The position numbers and the translations under genes were made by a program. From IMG/VR virus record IMGVR_UViG_3300023053_000001, positions 96,001 to 160,000 of that record: DNA of 64,000 nt. One strand, 5' to 3'. Positions 38,731 to 47,765 of this stretch are shown in pieces. The notes below the pieces were generated by a model. The model was not told the DNA's origin. It made no database searches and saw only the letters and a program-made list of their open reading frames with translations. The first letter of the stretch is position 1; each line of letters starts with the position of its first letter. This DNA is from a virus. Its lineage: Duplodnaviria > Caudoviricetes.

Positions 38731-39219
38731 GTGGCCGACGCAACTCCGACCAACGCACGTTTCATCGCTCTGGGCAACGGCCTGGTGGGTGAAATGCTGA
38801 CCCACCAGATTCAGCTGTTCTATGATCCCACCACCGAAGAGGTGCGTGCGATCTTCAACGGCTACGTCTACCTGTTCACCGGCGATCAGTTCCGCCGCGT
38901 GGGCGATGAGAACGACATCCTGCATGTCGAACTCAAAGACCTGATGGGTCTGACCCCGGTCCCGCCCAACACCCTGAAAGATCCGGTGACCGGCGCTGAC
39001 CTGTCCAAGATCTCCGTCGCTGGCGTGGTGATGATCATCAAGGCTGCCTACGACTACTTCTTCAACCAGCGCGCCCTGCAACGGCAGTCGGCCCTGGACC
39101 TGGAGAAGCTGGCGTTGGAACAACAGCGCGCCGCTGAAAATCCGGTGTTGCAGCTGGAGGCCCCGAGCGTGGCCGCCCTCCCCGCGCCGGATGCAGGCAC
39201 TGCTGAAATCGAAGCGTAA
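38731..39219 (+). CDS. Tail-associated hypothetical protein
   Basis: GTG start with a GAGGA RBS and strong codon bias. The DPVTGADLSKISVAGVVMIIKAAYD motif is recalled from small tail-linked genes of Xanthomonas/Stenotrophomonas phages (unverified). Confidence 0.6.
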   Translation: MADATPTNARFIALGNGLVGEMLTHQIQLFYDPTTEEVRAIFNGYVYLFTGDQFRRVGDENDILHVELKDLMGLTPVPPNTLKDPVTGADLSKISVAGVVMIIKAAYDYFFNQRALQRQSALDLEKLALEQQRAAENPVLQLEAPSVAALPAPDAGTAEIEA

Positions 39220-39273
39220 AACAGATGGTCGGTGCGAGGCGGTAGGCAACTACCGCTTCGCATCGTCTATTTT

Positions 39274-39597
39274 ATGGCATCTCTTACTAAGGTCACAGGT
39301 ATGTCTCGACCGTTCTCGCTGGCACATCACCAGCCCCAGCAAACTCCGCTGTGTCAGTTGACCAAGCATGAGCAAGTCCGCGTGCAACGGGACCTGCTGC
39401 TGCGTACGGTCAGTGACATCCTGCAGCGCCACAGTAACCAGGTCAATTTCGGCGTTCATCCCAGCATTGACCCGGATCACATTCAAGACGTGGCGAACTA
39501 CGCCCAGCGTCTTCGTGACGTCCCGCAGCAACCGTCTTTCCCCGATGTGGTCTGGCCGAAAGTGCCCAAGTGCATTCGTGCCCTCATCGTTTCGTAA
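39274..39597 (+). CDS. Tail fibre assembly chaperone (Phage_tail_APC/Tfa-like)
   Basis: Motif VRVQRDLLLR...YAQRLRDVPQQPSFPDVVWPKVP at the end of the fibre array. Confidence 0.75.
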   Translation: MASLTKVTGMSRPFSLAHHQPQQTPLCQLTKHEQVRVQRDLLLRTVSDILQRHSNQVNFGVHPSIDPDHIQDVANYAQRLRDVPQQPSFPDVVWPKVPKCIRALIVS

Positions 39598-39620
39598 ACC
39601 ACTAGACATTAGGTCCGACC

Positions 39621-40490
39621 ATGGCAAGCATCACTCGCGTTTCCCAGATCACTCGTACCGTGTACGGTAGCCGGCTGCAGACCCTGCAGTACCTGGGTCT
39701 GCCCTACACCCATTGGGAGAACACCACTCTCAATGAGAAGTTCGGCATCCATGCTGGTGTCATCCCGGCCAACCAAGCCGTGCCGCGTGCGCGTTACTTC
39801 GCCATCGGCAACAAGGGCCATCGCAACCAAGCCGGTGTCGATGGTCAGCCCTACACCAGCCCCATCAAGCACTCCGCTACGGATGCGGCTCTGTACGGTC
39901 ACCTGCCCTTCGTCCTGCGTCGGGCGACCGACGATCTGGACGCTACCCAGCGTGCCCGCTACGGCCTGCGTACCTTCGTCAGCGTCGGCGGCGTGCAGTA
40001 CGTGGCGTACTACCTGCGTCGACTGGTCTTCACCGACGTCGTGCCGCAGGCACTGATCAACACCAAGAAGGATGGCGTCACCACCTCGGTGCCGTTCATT
40101 CCCGATGGTTCGAACCTGAACCCGTCTGCCCCGACCATTCCCAACACCGGTGTGGTCACCACTGACGGTACGACGGTGTCGGTCTCCACGGTGCTCAACA
40201 TGAGCTTCACCGAGAACGACGTCGCCGAGTTCATGGAAGCTGTAAAAATTCTGTACGATAACCCATATTACGGCGTTATCTCCGAGATCGCCTTGGTAGC
40301 CGGCGTGGACCAGACGGTTCCGCTGCTGCAGCCCGGTGGTGGTTCGGCTGGTTCCTACAGCGAAGTGCTGGGCGCCACCGTCACCTCTTTCGTGTCGGAC
40401 AACTTCCCGGTGGCCTTCGCCAACAAGGGCTTCGACTTCAATCTGGACATGGGCGCTTCCGAGCCCCTGTTCGTACTGGACAACGGCTAA
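39621..40490 (+). CDS. Abundant virion structural protein (phiKZ gp139-like)
   Basis: 289 aa with motifs NTTLNEKFGI, YFAIGNKGH, HLPFVLR, YVAYYLRRL and ISEIALVAGVD, and high GC3. Confidence 0.75.
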   Translation: MASITRVSQITRTVYGSRLQTLQYLGLPYTHWENTTLNEKFGIHAGVIPANQAVPRARYFAIGNKGHRNQAGVDGQPYTSPIKHSATDAALYGHLPFVLRRATDDLDATQRARYGLRTFVSVGGVQYVAYYLRRLVFTDVVPQALINTKKDGVTTSVPFIPDGSNLNPSAPTIPNTGVVTTDGTTVSVSTVLNMSFTENDVAEFMEAVKILYDNPYYGVISEIALVAGVDQTVPLLQPGGGSAGSYSEVLGATVTSFVSDNFPVAFANKGFDFNLDMGASEPLFVLDNG

Positions 40491-40495
40491 TTCTC

Positions 40496-41077
40496 ATGCT
40501 CCCCAAACCACCTGGCGAAGAACCTCTTCGCATCGTCAGTCTCGATCCGGGTACCGATACCTTCGGTGCAGCCCAGATTGAGATTGATTTGAGTAATCGC
40601 CAGGTGTCATTGGCGGAGGCACATCTGTTCCGTGGCTCACAACTCCAGCGCGAGTTCGTCACGGCCAGCCGTTACCACGGAGACCTGTTTGCCCGTTTGT
40701 TGGGCCACGAGGAAAATCTGCTGGGGTTCCTCCATTACGCACAACCGCACGTGATTGTCACCGAGTCGCCGTACATGGGTCGCTTTGCGACTTCCTACGG
40801 TGCCTTGTCTAAACTGATGAATGCCATCCATCGCGCCTGCTGGCGCTACGATCAATTCGCTACCCTGCGCACTGTGGACCCGTCCACCGTGAAGAAGTAC
40901 ATGGGCGTGAAAGGCACCAGTGGTGATAAGACGTTGATGACGCGTGCGATTATGTCGAAAACCGATCTGCTCAATCCCAGCGGGATTGATCTGGCGGAAT
41001 TGGACGAACATCGCATCGACGCAATTTGCATCGGGTACTACCAAGCCGGTATCATCCTCCCCAATCTTCCCATTTGA
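40496..41077 (+). CDS. ruvC: RuvC-like Holliday junction resolvase
   Basis: Acidic RNase-H-fold residues in IVSLDPGTDTFG, IVTESPY and HRIDAICIG, plus VDPSTVKKYMG. Confidence 0.85.
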   Translation: MLPKPPGEEPLRIVSLDPGTDTFGAAQIEIDLSNRQVSLAEAHLFRGSQLQREFVTASRYHGDLFARLLGHEENLLGFLHYAQPHVIVTESPYMGRFATSYGALSKLMNAIHRACWRYDQFATLRTVDPSTVKKYMGVKGTSGDKTLMTRAIMSKTDLLNPSGIDLAELDEHRIDAICIGYYQAGIILPNLPI

Positions 41078-41084
41078 GGTTGAC

Positions 41085-41693
41085 ATGAAACTGGCAGACC
41101 TGTTGGGGAGTGTTAGCACCATTCCCCTCTCGCAACTCCCCTGGGCCCCGCCGCTGTTGATCGCACTCAACGATGGCGTACAGGACCACCTGAAAGCATC
41201 TTTGGACCACACCGGTTCGGAGGTCATCGCACTGTTGGTGAGCCGTGGTTCTACTGCGGCCTTGCAGCTGTACAACGCCGATTTCGATTTGGCTACCGGA
41301 GCCCTGACTCCGCAGGCTGAACCGGCTCCGGCTGTGGTGGTTCCTACTCCCGCCGCTTCGACGGTGGCTGTTCCGGTTGTTGCGGTTCCGCAACCGGAGC
41401 CTCGCCAGTGGAATGCGAACAAGGTCATTGCCGCCGCTGGCGCTATCTTCATCCTGTTGATCTCGCTGGCTATGGTCGCGGCGATCTTCACGGGTAAGCA
41501 GCCCACGCCGGAGCAGACCCGTGTGATGGAGAAGGCTATCGATGTCTTGGGTGATGTTACCAAGACCATGGCCAACGACGACGCGCGCCGTCAGCCGCAA
41601 CCGCAGCAGACTCAGCCGGGACCGTTCGATCCGCAGCCCTTCCCTCCGGGCCAGCCGCCGTACACGTTCCCGCAGGACACACCCCCGCAATAG
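41085..41693 (+). CDS. Membrane protein with one strong TM helix and Pro/Gln-rich tail
   Basis: Start at the ATG at 41085 (GAGG RBS overlapping the ruvC stop). TM segment VIAAAGAIFILLISLAMVAAIF. Confidence 0.65.
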   Translation: MKLADLLGSVSTIPLSQLPWAPPLLIALNDGVQDHLKASLDHTGSEVIALLVSRGSTAALQLYNADFDLATGALTPQAEPAPAVVVPTPAASTVAVPVVAVPQPEPRQWNANKVIAAAGAIFILLISLAMVAAIFTGKQPTPEQTRVMEKAIDVLGDVTKTMANDDARRQPQPQQTQPGPFDPQPFPPGQPPYTFPQDTPPQ

Positions 41694-41695
41694 CG

Positions 41696-41733
41696 GACAT
41701 AAAGCCCCTCCCATCGCGGGAGGGGCTTTATGC
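41696..41733. terminator. Bidirectional GACATA...TATGC hairpin between convergent genes
   Basis: Perfect ATAAAGCCCCTCCC/GGGAGGGGCTTTAT inverted repeat. Confidence 0.85.
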
Positions 41734-41755
41734 TGTCTGTATGGCCCTATGCGGC

Positions 41756-42337
41756 CTACGCAGTTGCCGCAGGTGCACTGACCTCACTGAACTCCCACGC
41801 AGCGTCTAGACGCCGTTTGAGGTCCACTACGTACGGGCTCTTCCTTTTGCCGAACTTCGTCCACAGGCGCACGGCCACGTACATGGCCTGACGCGGCCAC
41901 ACACCCACACCAGAAACCTTCATCGCGTCCTTGAAGATGCGATCAGCTTCCTTACGGCTGCACGGAACCGGTTCGCCCTTTTCATACAGGACGGCGTATT
42001 CGCACAGGTAGTCGTGCAGGGCCGCTGCCTGGGAGTAGGTATCCCACGGCGGGAGCAACCACCACAGCAGGCGCGGAATCGTAGCACCGTCGGTCAAGAA
42101 ACCTGCCGGCACACGCGCCCAACGTTGATCGGCTTCTTCGCCGATGTAGAACTTGAATGAATCCACCACCCGCCACACGTTCAGGTGCAGTTCCTTGGAG
42201 GCTTCGGCGTCGAACTGAATGCTCAGATCGGCATCGAATCGCTTGTACGGAATGGCCTTGGCCAACTCGCTTTTCACCGCAACTACGCTGTTGATGTCTT
42301 TCATGATCCTGCTCGAGTCAAAAGAGAAGAATGCCAC
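41756..42337 (-). CDS. DUF1353-family protein
   Basis: Signature VPAGFLTDGATIPRLLW...AAALHDYL...ADRIFKDAM...MYVAVRL. Confidence 0.8.
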   Translation of the reverse strand: MAFFSFDSSRIMKDINSVVAVKSELAKAIPYKRFDADLSIQFDAEASKELHLNVWRVVDSFKFYIGEEADQRWARVPAGFLTDGATIPRLLWWLLPPWDTYSQAAALHDYLCEYAVLYEKGEPVPCSRKEADRIFKDAMKVSGVGVWPRQAMYVAVRLWTKFGKRKSPYVVDLKRRLDAAWEFSEVSAPAATA

Positions 42338-42368
42338 TGGGCCCGAAGACCCAGTGGCACCGTATTAC

Positions 42369-44375
42369 TTACGCCGCAGTACCAATTGCGATGTAACTGA
42401 CACCCTGCACACCGATACCGTCCCAGCGGAAACGCAGGCCGAAGGTGTTGACACCGTCGACGGACTGCATCGAACGCGAGGGCGAGCCGTTGGTGATGTC
42501 GTGCGCCTGACCAACCGCCGTGGGGCGCTGGGAGAACGCACGCATGAACGGGTAGGTCTGGTTGTTGCTGGTGGTGTTTTCCCAACCGAAGCAGATCAGC
42601 ATCGGACCGATACGGGCAAAGCCGCGCTGACCACCACGGTAGTTCTCCAGTCCGGTGTTACCCGAACCGATACCCAGCGAGTCCAGATACGCCTTGAGCG
42701 CATCAGCCGGAACGTAGCGACCGCCCGTACCATTGCCGATGTCCCACGACGATGCTGCCGGCCAATCGTTCAGGTTACCCAGACCGACGTGCCACTTGTT
42801 GGTACCGTGCGGGTTATCACCGCGGTTGGCATGCGCTGCGATGTTCGGATCGGGCTGTGCGGTGGTGTGCATGCGCCCCATGAAGGAGGCATCCACCGTT
42901 GCTTCGATCTGACCATTGGCCCAGCGCATCTGGACATCGTTGCCGCCGGTGTTGCGCACCTGCTTGGCATTGATGACCTGATCCAAACCCACCTGCGCCT
43001 TGTTGACCTGGTGCGGGTTGTTCCGGTTGTTGACGTGGTCATTGAGCGGTGCCAATGCCTGCGTTGCAATGGCCTGAGCCACGCGCAGCGGAGTCATCAT
43101 GCGATCGTTCAGCGAGCCAGCTCGCGCCTCAGCTTCAGAAGCCGTTGCGAAGTTGTCCACATTACCGAGGCCGACCTGCGTCTTGGTCGTCTGATGCGGA
43201 TTGTTGCGATCGTTGATGTGGTTGTTCACCGGCACCATCGCCGCATCGATCACGGTCTTGACCAACAGCGGGGTCATGTACAGCGCATTGGACGAACCAT
43301 TCAAGGCTTCCGCCGAGGTGGCAATTCCGTAGTTCTGCACACTGCCCAAGCCCACCTGCGCCTTCGTCACACCGTGCGGATTGTCGATCCGTGCGATGTG
43401 GGCGTTCAGGGGAACCAGTGCCTGTTGGGCAATGGCCGCCCGGACGTTGGCCGGGGTCACGAACAGGTTGGTCGCCGTACCGGTCACCGCCTGCGCATCC
43501 GTGGAGGTTGCGAAGTTGTCGACATTGCCCAGACCCACTTGCGCCTTGGTAGTGGCATGCGGGTTGTTCTTGTCGTCGATGTGCAGTCGCAGGGCGTCGC
43601 CTGCAAACTTATCGATGGCTTCCTTGACACGCAGGGGCGTCATGTACAGCGCGTTGGAGGTACCCGCCACGGCGTCCGCATTGGCTGCGATGCCGTAGTT
43701 CTGCACGTTACCCAAGCCGACCTGCGCCTTGGTGGTGTTGTGCGGGTTGCTCACGTTGGTGGCGTGTGCGTTGAAGTCGGTACGCAGGTTGGCCACGTCG
43801 GTACGGATCAAACCGTCCTGGTAGTCCACGTACTGAATCAGCTCACGATGGGACGCTTCATCACCCATCAAGATGGCCTGACGAATTGCCTCCAGCTCGG
43901 CCACGATGTACTCGAAGCCGTAGACGTCACCGATGTCATGCAAGTGCGGGGCCGCCGGATAGCGCTCGGGCTTTCCGATGATCGAGCCCCACTGCACCGA
44001 ACGGTAATCGATGTTCAGCGCGTCGATCATCTGCTGGATCGCAGTGATGGACGAACTGTAATCGCCACCGACCACCTGGTAGTCGATCACGAAGTCGTTA
44101 CCGATCGTGTCGTCAGTGATGACGATGACGGTACACACTTCCTGACCGGTCTTGATGGTGGCTTCCGGCAACAGCTGCACGGCCTTGTAGTGCTTTTGCT
44201 TTTCCAGCACAGCGCCGGTGGAAGCGCGCTTGACTACCAAGGACTTGGTATAGAACGGACCGTAGTTGGGCACGAATGCTCGATTGCCGACAGCCACCAA
44301 GGACTGAGGTTCCCCGACTACTTTATTCGTCGGGGAACGACCGGTCAGATCGAGCGGGTATTTGATGGGATTCAT
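42369..44375 (-). CDS. Tail fibre with His-containing NPH/QVGL repeats (phiKZ gp145/146-like)
   Basis: N-terminus YPLDLTGRSPTNKV, six HxxxxxNPHxxxKxxVGL repeats, and a gp53-like C-terminal tip (ARIGPMLICFGW). Confidence 0.8.
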   Translation of the reverse strand: MNPIKYPLDLTGRSPTNKVVGEPQSLVAVGNRAFVPNYGPFYTKSLVVKRASTGAVLEKQKHYKAVQLLPEATIKTGQEVCTVIVITDDTIGNDFVIDYQVVGGDYSSSITAIQQMIDALNIDYRSVQWGSIIGKPERYPAAPHLHDIGDVYGFEYIVAELEAIRQAILMGDEASHRELIQYVDYQDGLIRTDVANLRTDFNAHATNVSNPHNTTKAQVGLGNVQNYGIAANADAVAGTSNALYMTPLRVKEAIDKFAGDALRLHIDDKNNPHATTKAQVGLGNVDNFATSTDAQAVTGTATNLFVTPANVRAAIAQQALVPLNAHIARIDNPHGVTKAQVGLGSVQNYGIATSAEALNGSSNALYMTPLLVKTVIDAAMVPVNNHINDRNNPHQTTKTQVGLGNVDNFATASEAEARAGSLNDRMMTPLRVAQAIATQALAPLNDHVNNRNNPHQVNKAQVGLDQVINAKQVRNTGGNDVQMRWANGQIEATVDASFMGRMHTTAQPDPNIAAHANRGDNPHGTNKWHVGLGNLNDWPAASSWDIGNGTGGRYVPADALKAYLDSLGIGSGNTGLENYRGGQRGFARIGPMLICFGWENTTSNNQTYPFMRAFSQRPTAVGQAHDITNGSPSRSMQSVDGVNTFGLRFRWDGIGVQGVSYIAIGTAA

Positions 44376-44396
44376 CCCGCGCTCTCCGTGAAGCTA

Positions 44397-47300
44397 TTAG
44401 AAGGTGGCGACGTTCTGGTCGGATGCAGTGTCGGCCTCGATGAAGATACGGCGGACCGTACCGTCACGTGCACCGAAGTACAGGCGACCGTTGATCTCAC
44501 TGGTAATCAACCGCTGCTGGGTACGAGCCTTGGGCAGATTCACGGAGTTGGTCACCCATGCATCGCCATTGAACTCGGACACCACCTGCTCAGTGCCATC
44601 GACCAGCTGCATGTAGCGACGGTAAGCGTCGGGGCGGACAGCCGCCTTCACACTCACCGTCTCCGCAGCAATCGGAGCACGATTCTTGTTGATTACCACG
44701 CCCCAACCACAGGCGCCGCTGAACAGGTCAGCCAGCACCGGATCACTTGCGACGTCGAAGGAGACCGTCTTGGTGACAGTGGAAGCGTTGACAGTCTGGC
44801 GCAGTTCCACGTAGAACTGCGTGCCGGTCTTGGTGACCGACATGACCACCTTCCCACCTACGCCCGCAGCAGCCCACACGTTGGCGGTTGCAGCCGGGTT
44901 GTAGGGAGTGCCTGCACGATTGGCATCGAGCACACCATCGCCCCAACGCAGACCATCGCTGGTTGCCTGGATCATGGTGGCCTCTGCCGTCAGCAGGTTG
45001 TAGCCCACGGTGAACAGCTTGTAGAAGTTCTTACCAGCAGCACCTTCCTGCACCAGACGACCGTCGCTGCGCAGTGCGTACAGGCCATGACGAACGCCAT
45101 CGCGCTCGACGTAGGCAATGCACACACCCATCGCACTGGCCGAGCCAGTGGCGGTCAACTCCACTTCGAACTTGTAGTTGGTGTGCGTCTCCGGATTGGG
45201 CGAATACATCTCCCACTTCGAATTCAGCTCCAACCCGTCAGCCTTGATGGTGTTAAACTCCGACTTGGTAAAGCGCTTGGCCGTACCGGTCAGGATCTGG
45301 TGGAAGTCATGGTAATCTTCCGCGAAATCAGTACGCACCAGACGGGCTGCGGTCACTTCATCAGCGGTAGCCACCACGTTGATCTGCTCCAGCGACATGT
45401 TGCCGGTGCCGCCAGCGGCGACGACCTTAGCAACGCTCTTGATGGCGGTCAGGCCGGTCGGAGCAGTCGTGGTGAAATCATTGGTGCCTTCGAAGAAGCC
45501 GATAGCTTCACGATTGGCCAGGATCTGAACCTGATTGCGATTGAGCGTATCGTTCATCCACAGCTCGAAGACGTTCTGATCGGTCAAGCGGTAGCTCAAC
45601 GACCACGCCGGCTTCTTACCAGACAGCAACTCCATGTAGGACTTGTCCGGGCTGTTGATGTTCAAGTACAGCATGACCACCGAGGTTTCGGTTTCCCCAT
45701 CGGCTTCGCCGCCGGAGATCTGCACCACGTAGGTCTGATCGGTGTCTTCACCGGGCTCGTTGAAGAAGCCCAGGCGGGTGTAGGACACGGCCGACTGGTC
45801 ACGCACTTCCAAGTAGGTGATCGAACCGGACATGGCTGCCAACAGCTGCTGCGAGGACAGGCCATTCAGCAAGCTGGAGTCAGCTGCCACACCGGTGGTA
45901 CCCAGCTTACCGCTGAGCAACTGGTCGATCTGCTGCGAGGTGTAGGTACCCACCTGCGCTGCGGTAACCTGGTGCGGATTGTCACGATCGGCGATGTGAC
46001 CGGTCATGTCGGTGAAGCGGGTATCCACGTAGTCGGCAACGCCCTTCGGCGTAGCGTAGGTGGTTTCCGATTTGGCCGAGTAGTCCGATGCCACAGCAAT
46101 GCCGAAGTTCTGAACATTGCCCAGACCCACCTGCGTCTTGGTGACGCTATGCGGGTTGTCCGTACGCGCGGCGTGGGTATCCACGTCGCCACCACCGAAG
46201 ATCTGGATGGCGCGACGCACACCGGCCGGGGTCACCCACGAAGTTTCCGACACGCCTGCCTCGACTTGCGTCATGGTGGCAGTGGTGTAGTTGTCCACGT
46301 TGGACAGGCCAACCTGGGCTTTCGTGGTCCCGTGCGGGTTGTTGGTGTTGTTGACGTGATCCAGCATCGGCGCACGCACGCGCACTTCGATCGCTTCGAA
46401 TACTCGCAGCGGCGTCATGTACGTGGAGTTGTCGGTGCCGGTCTGTGCCTGCGACTGGGTTGCCACACCGTAGTTCTGCACGTTACCCAGACCAACTTGG
46501 GCCTTGTTGGTATTGTGCGGATTGTTGGTGTCATTGATGTGCGCGGTGAGCGTATCGCCCAGCAGCACGCCAATGGCTTCCTTCACCAGCAACGGGGTCA
46601 TGTACAGTACGTTGGACGTACCGGCACGAGCGTCGGTCACCGTGGCAATGCCATAGTTCTGGACGTTCCCCAAACCCACCTGCGCCTTGTTGACTTCGTG
46701 CGGGTTGGACTTGTTGGAGGTGTGGGTGTTCAGCGGAGCCAGCGCTTGGGTCTGGATCGCCTGCGCCACGCGCAGAGCGGTCATATAGACCGTGTTGCTG
46801 GTACCGGCCTCTGCCTGCGGCTGCGTGGCCACCCCGTAGTTCTGGACACTGCCCAGACCGACCTGCGCGGCAGTGGTGCCGTGCGGGTTGTTGAGGTTGC
46901 CCACGTGCGCGTTGAGCGGAGTCAGCGCCAGCGCGGTGATTGCCTGGGAGACACGCAGCGGAGTCATGTAGGACGCATTGTCCGTACCGGCCTGCGCCTG
47001 CGGAACCGTGGCAATCGGGAAGTCCATCACGTTACCGAGGCCCACCTGGACCTTGGTGGTTTTGTGCGGATTGTCGAAGTCGGCCAAATGGTCACCCAGT
47101 CCACCTTCACCTGCAAGGATGATGGCGTCGCGGATACCTTCCAGCTTTTCAACAATGGCCGATGCACCGACCATGTCAACCAGATCCCACTCGTGATCAA
47201 TCACGGGGAATTCGCGGGGCACTTCAACGACTTCTTCCCAGGTCGTGATGCGCGGGTTGACCAGCTTGTTACTCAGGATGTCTTGGATGGTCTGTTCATC

Positions 47301-47639
47301 GATCACCCATTCGCCACCGATGGTCTGGTACGTCAGTTCGACCACACCGGCGAGGGTTTTGTCGAAGTACGTCAGCGAGCCGTAAATCGGCTTACCGCAC
47401 GCCAGCGAAGCATCGTGGAACTTGTGCGAGCACAAGAAGTCCACGCCTTCGTACAGGCGACGGCCGCTGGGGTGATGGACCACCACGAGGCTTTCCTGGA
47501 AGTAGGGAGCCATCTTGGGGATGGTGAAGTAGAAGTTGGACCATCCCGGCGCCGAGATTGTCTGACGTTCGCTCGAGATGCGATTGCTCGCAGCCTTACC
47601 CGTTGGGTCAAACGGGGGCGATACTTGGTTAACGCTCAT
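44397..47639 (-). CDS. Tail fibre with NPH/QVGL repeats (phiKZ gp146-like)
   Basis: Start at the ATG at 47639. N-terminus PFDPTGKAASNRI and seven NPH repeats. Confidence 0.8.
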   Translation of the reverse strand: MSVNQVSPPFDPTGKAASNRISSERQTISAPGWSNFYFTIPKMAPYFQESLVVVHHPSGRRLYEGVDFLCSHKFHDASLACGKPIYGSLTYFDKTLAGVVELTYQTIGGEWVIDEQTIQDILSNKLVNPRITTWEEVVEVPREFPVIDHEWDLVDMVGASAIVEKLEGIRDAIILAGEGGLGDHLADFDNPHKTTKVQVGLGNVMDFPIATVPQAQAGTDNASYMTPLRVSQAITALALTPLNAHVGNLNNPHGTTAAQVGLGSVQNYGVATQPQAEAGTSNTVYMTALRVAQAIQTQALAPLNTHTSNKSNPHEVNKAQVGLGNVQNYGIATVTDARAGTSNVLYMTPLLVKEAIGVLLGDTLTAHINDTNNPHNTNKAQVGLGNVQNYGVATQSQAQTGTDNSTYMTPLRVFEAIEVRVRAPMLDHVNNTNNPHGTTKAQVGLSNVDNYTTATMTQVEAGVSETSWVTPAGVRRAIQIFGGGDVDTHAARTDNPHSVTKTQVGLGNVQNFGIAVASDYSAKSETTYATPKGVADYVDTRFTDMTGHIADRDNPHQVTAAQVGTYTSQQIDQLLSGKLGTTGVAADSSLLNGLSSQQLLAAMSGSITYLEVRDQSAVSYTRLGFFNEPGEDTDQTYVVQISGGEADGETETSVVMLYLNINSPDKSYMELLSGKKPAWSLSYRLTDQNVFELWMNDTLNRNQVQILANREAIGFFEGTNDFTTTAPTGLTAIKSVAKVVAAGGTGNMSLEQINVVATADEVTAARLVRTDFAEDYHDFHQILTGTAKRFTKSEFNTIKADGLELNSKWEMYSPNPETHTNYKFEVELTATGSASAMGVCIAYVERDGVRHGLYALRSDGRLVQEGAAGKNFYKLFTVGYNLLTAEATMIQATSDGLRWGDGVLDANRAGTPYNPAATANVWAAAGVGGKVVMSVTKTGTQFYVELRQTVNASTVTKTVSFDVASDPVLADLFSGACGWGVVINKNRAPIAAETVSVKAAVRPDAYRRYMQLVDGTEQVVSEFNGDAWVTNSVNLPKARTQQRLITSEINGRLYFGARDGTVRRIFIEADTASDQNVATF

Positions 47640-47765
47640 GGTAATCTCCGATCGAGAGATGGTATCGTATGGCAATGCAAGTAAAAAACTACACGCACCA
47701 TATCATAACCTAAGCTCTTTCAGGGCCTTGGTTTTGTTGCGTTGAATTCCCCTCAGGAGACCCTC

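Noticed and set aside
44376-44402. The two NPH-repeat fibre genes are in frame, suggesting a fusion
   Set aside because: They are separated by tandem TAA-TAG stops, and the second gene has its own RBS.
42369-47639. Regularly spaced repeats as a possible CRISPR array
   Set aside because: The repeats are in-frame, vary at synonymous positions and encode protein, with 150-160-nt periodicity. No cas genes are present.
42219-47684. 1821-aa plus-strand ORF, and similar long antisense ORFs (1368-3809 -, 5143-9075 -, 9442-12126 +, 30550-35130 -, 52561-54591 -, 56979-59177 +)
   Set aside because: These are shadow frames exactly antisense to strongly codon-biased genes. Rare use of TTA/CTA/TCA codons removes stops on the opposite strand. 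They have no RBS and no motifs, and their composition is unnatural.
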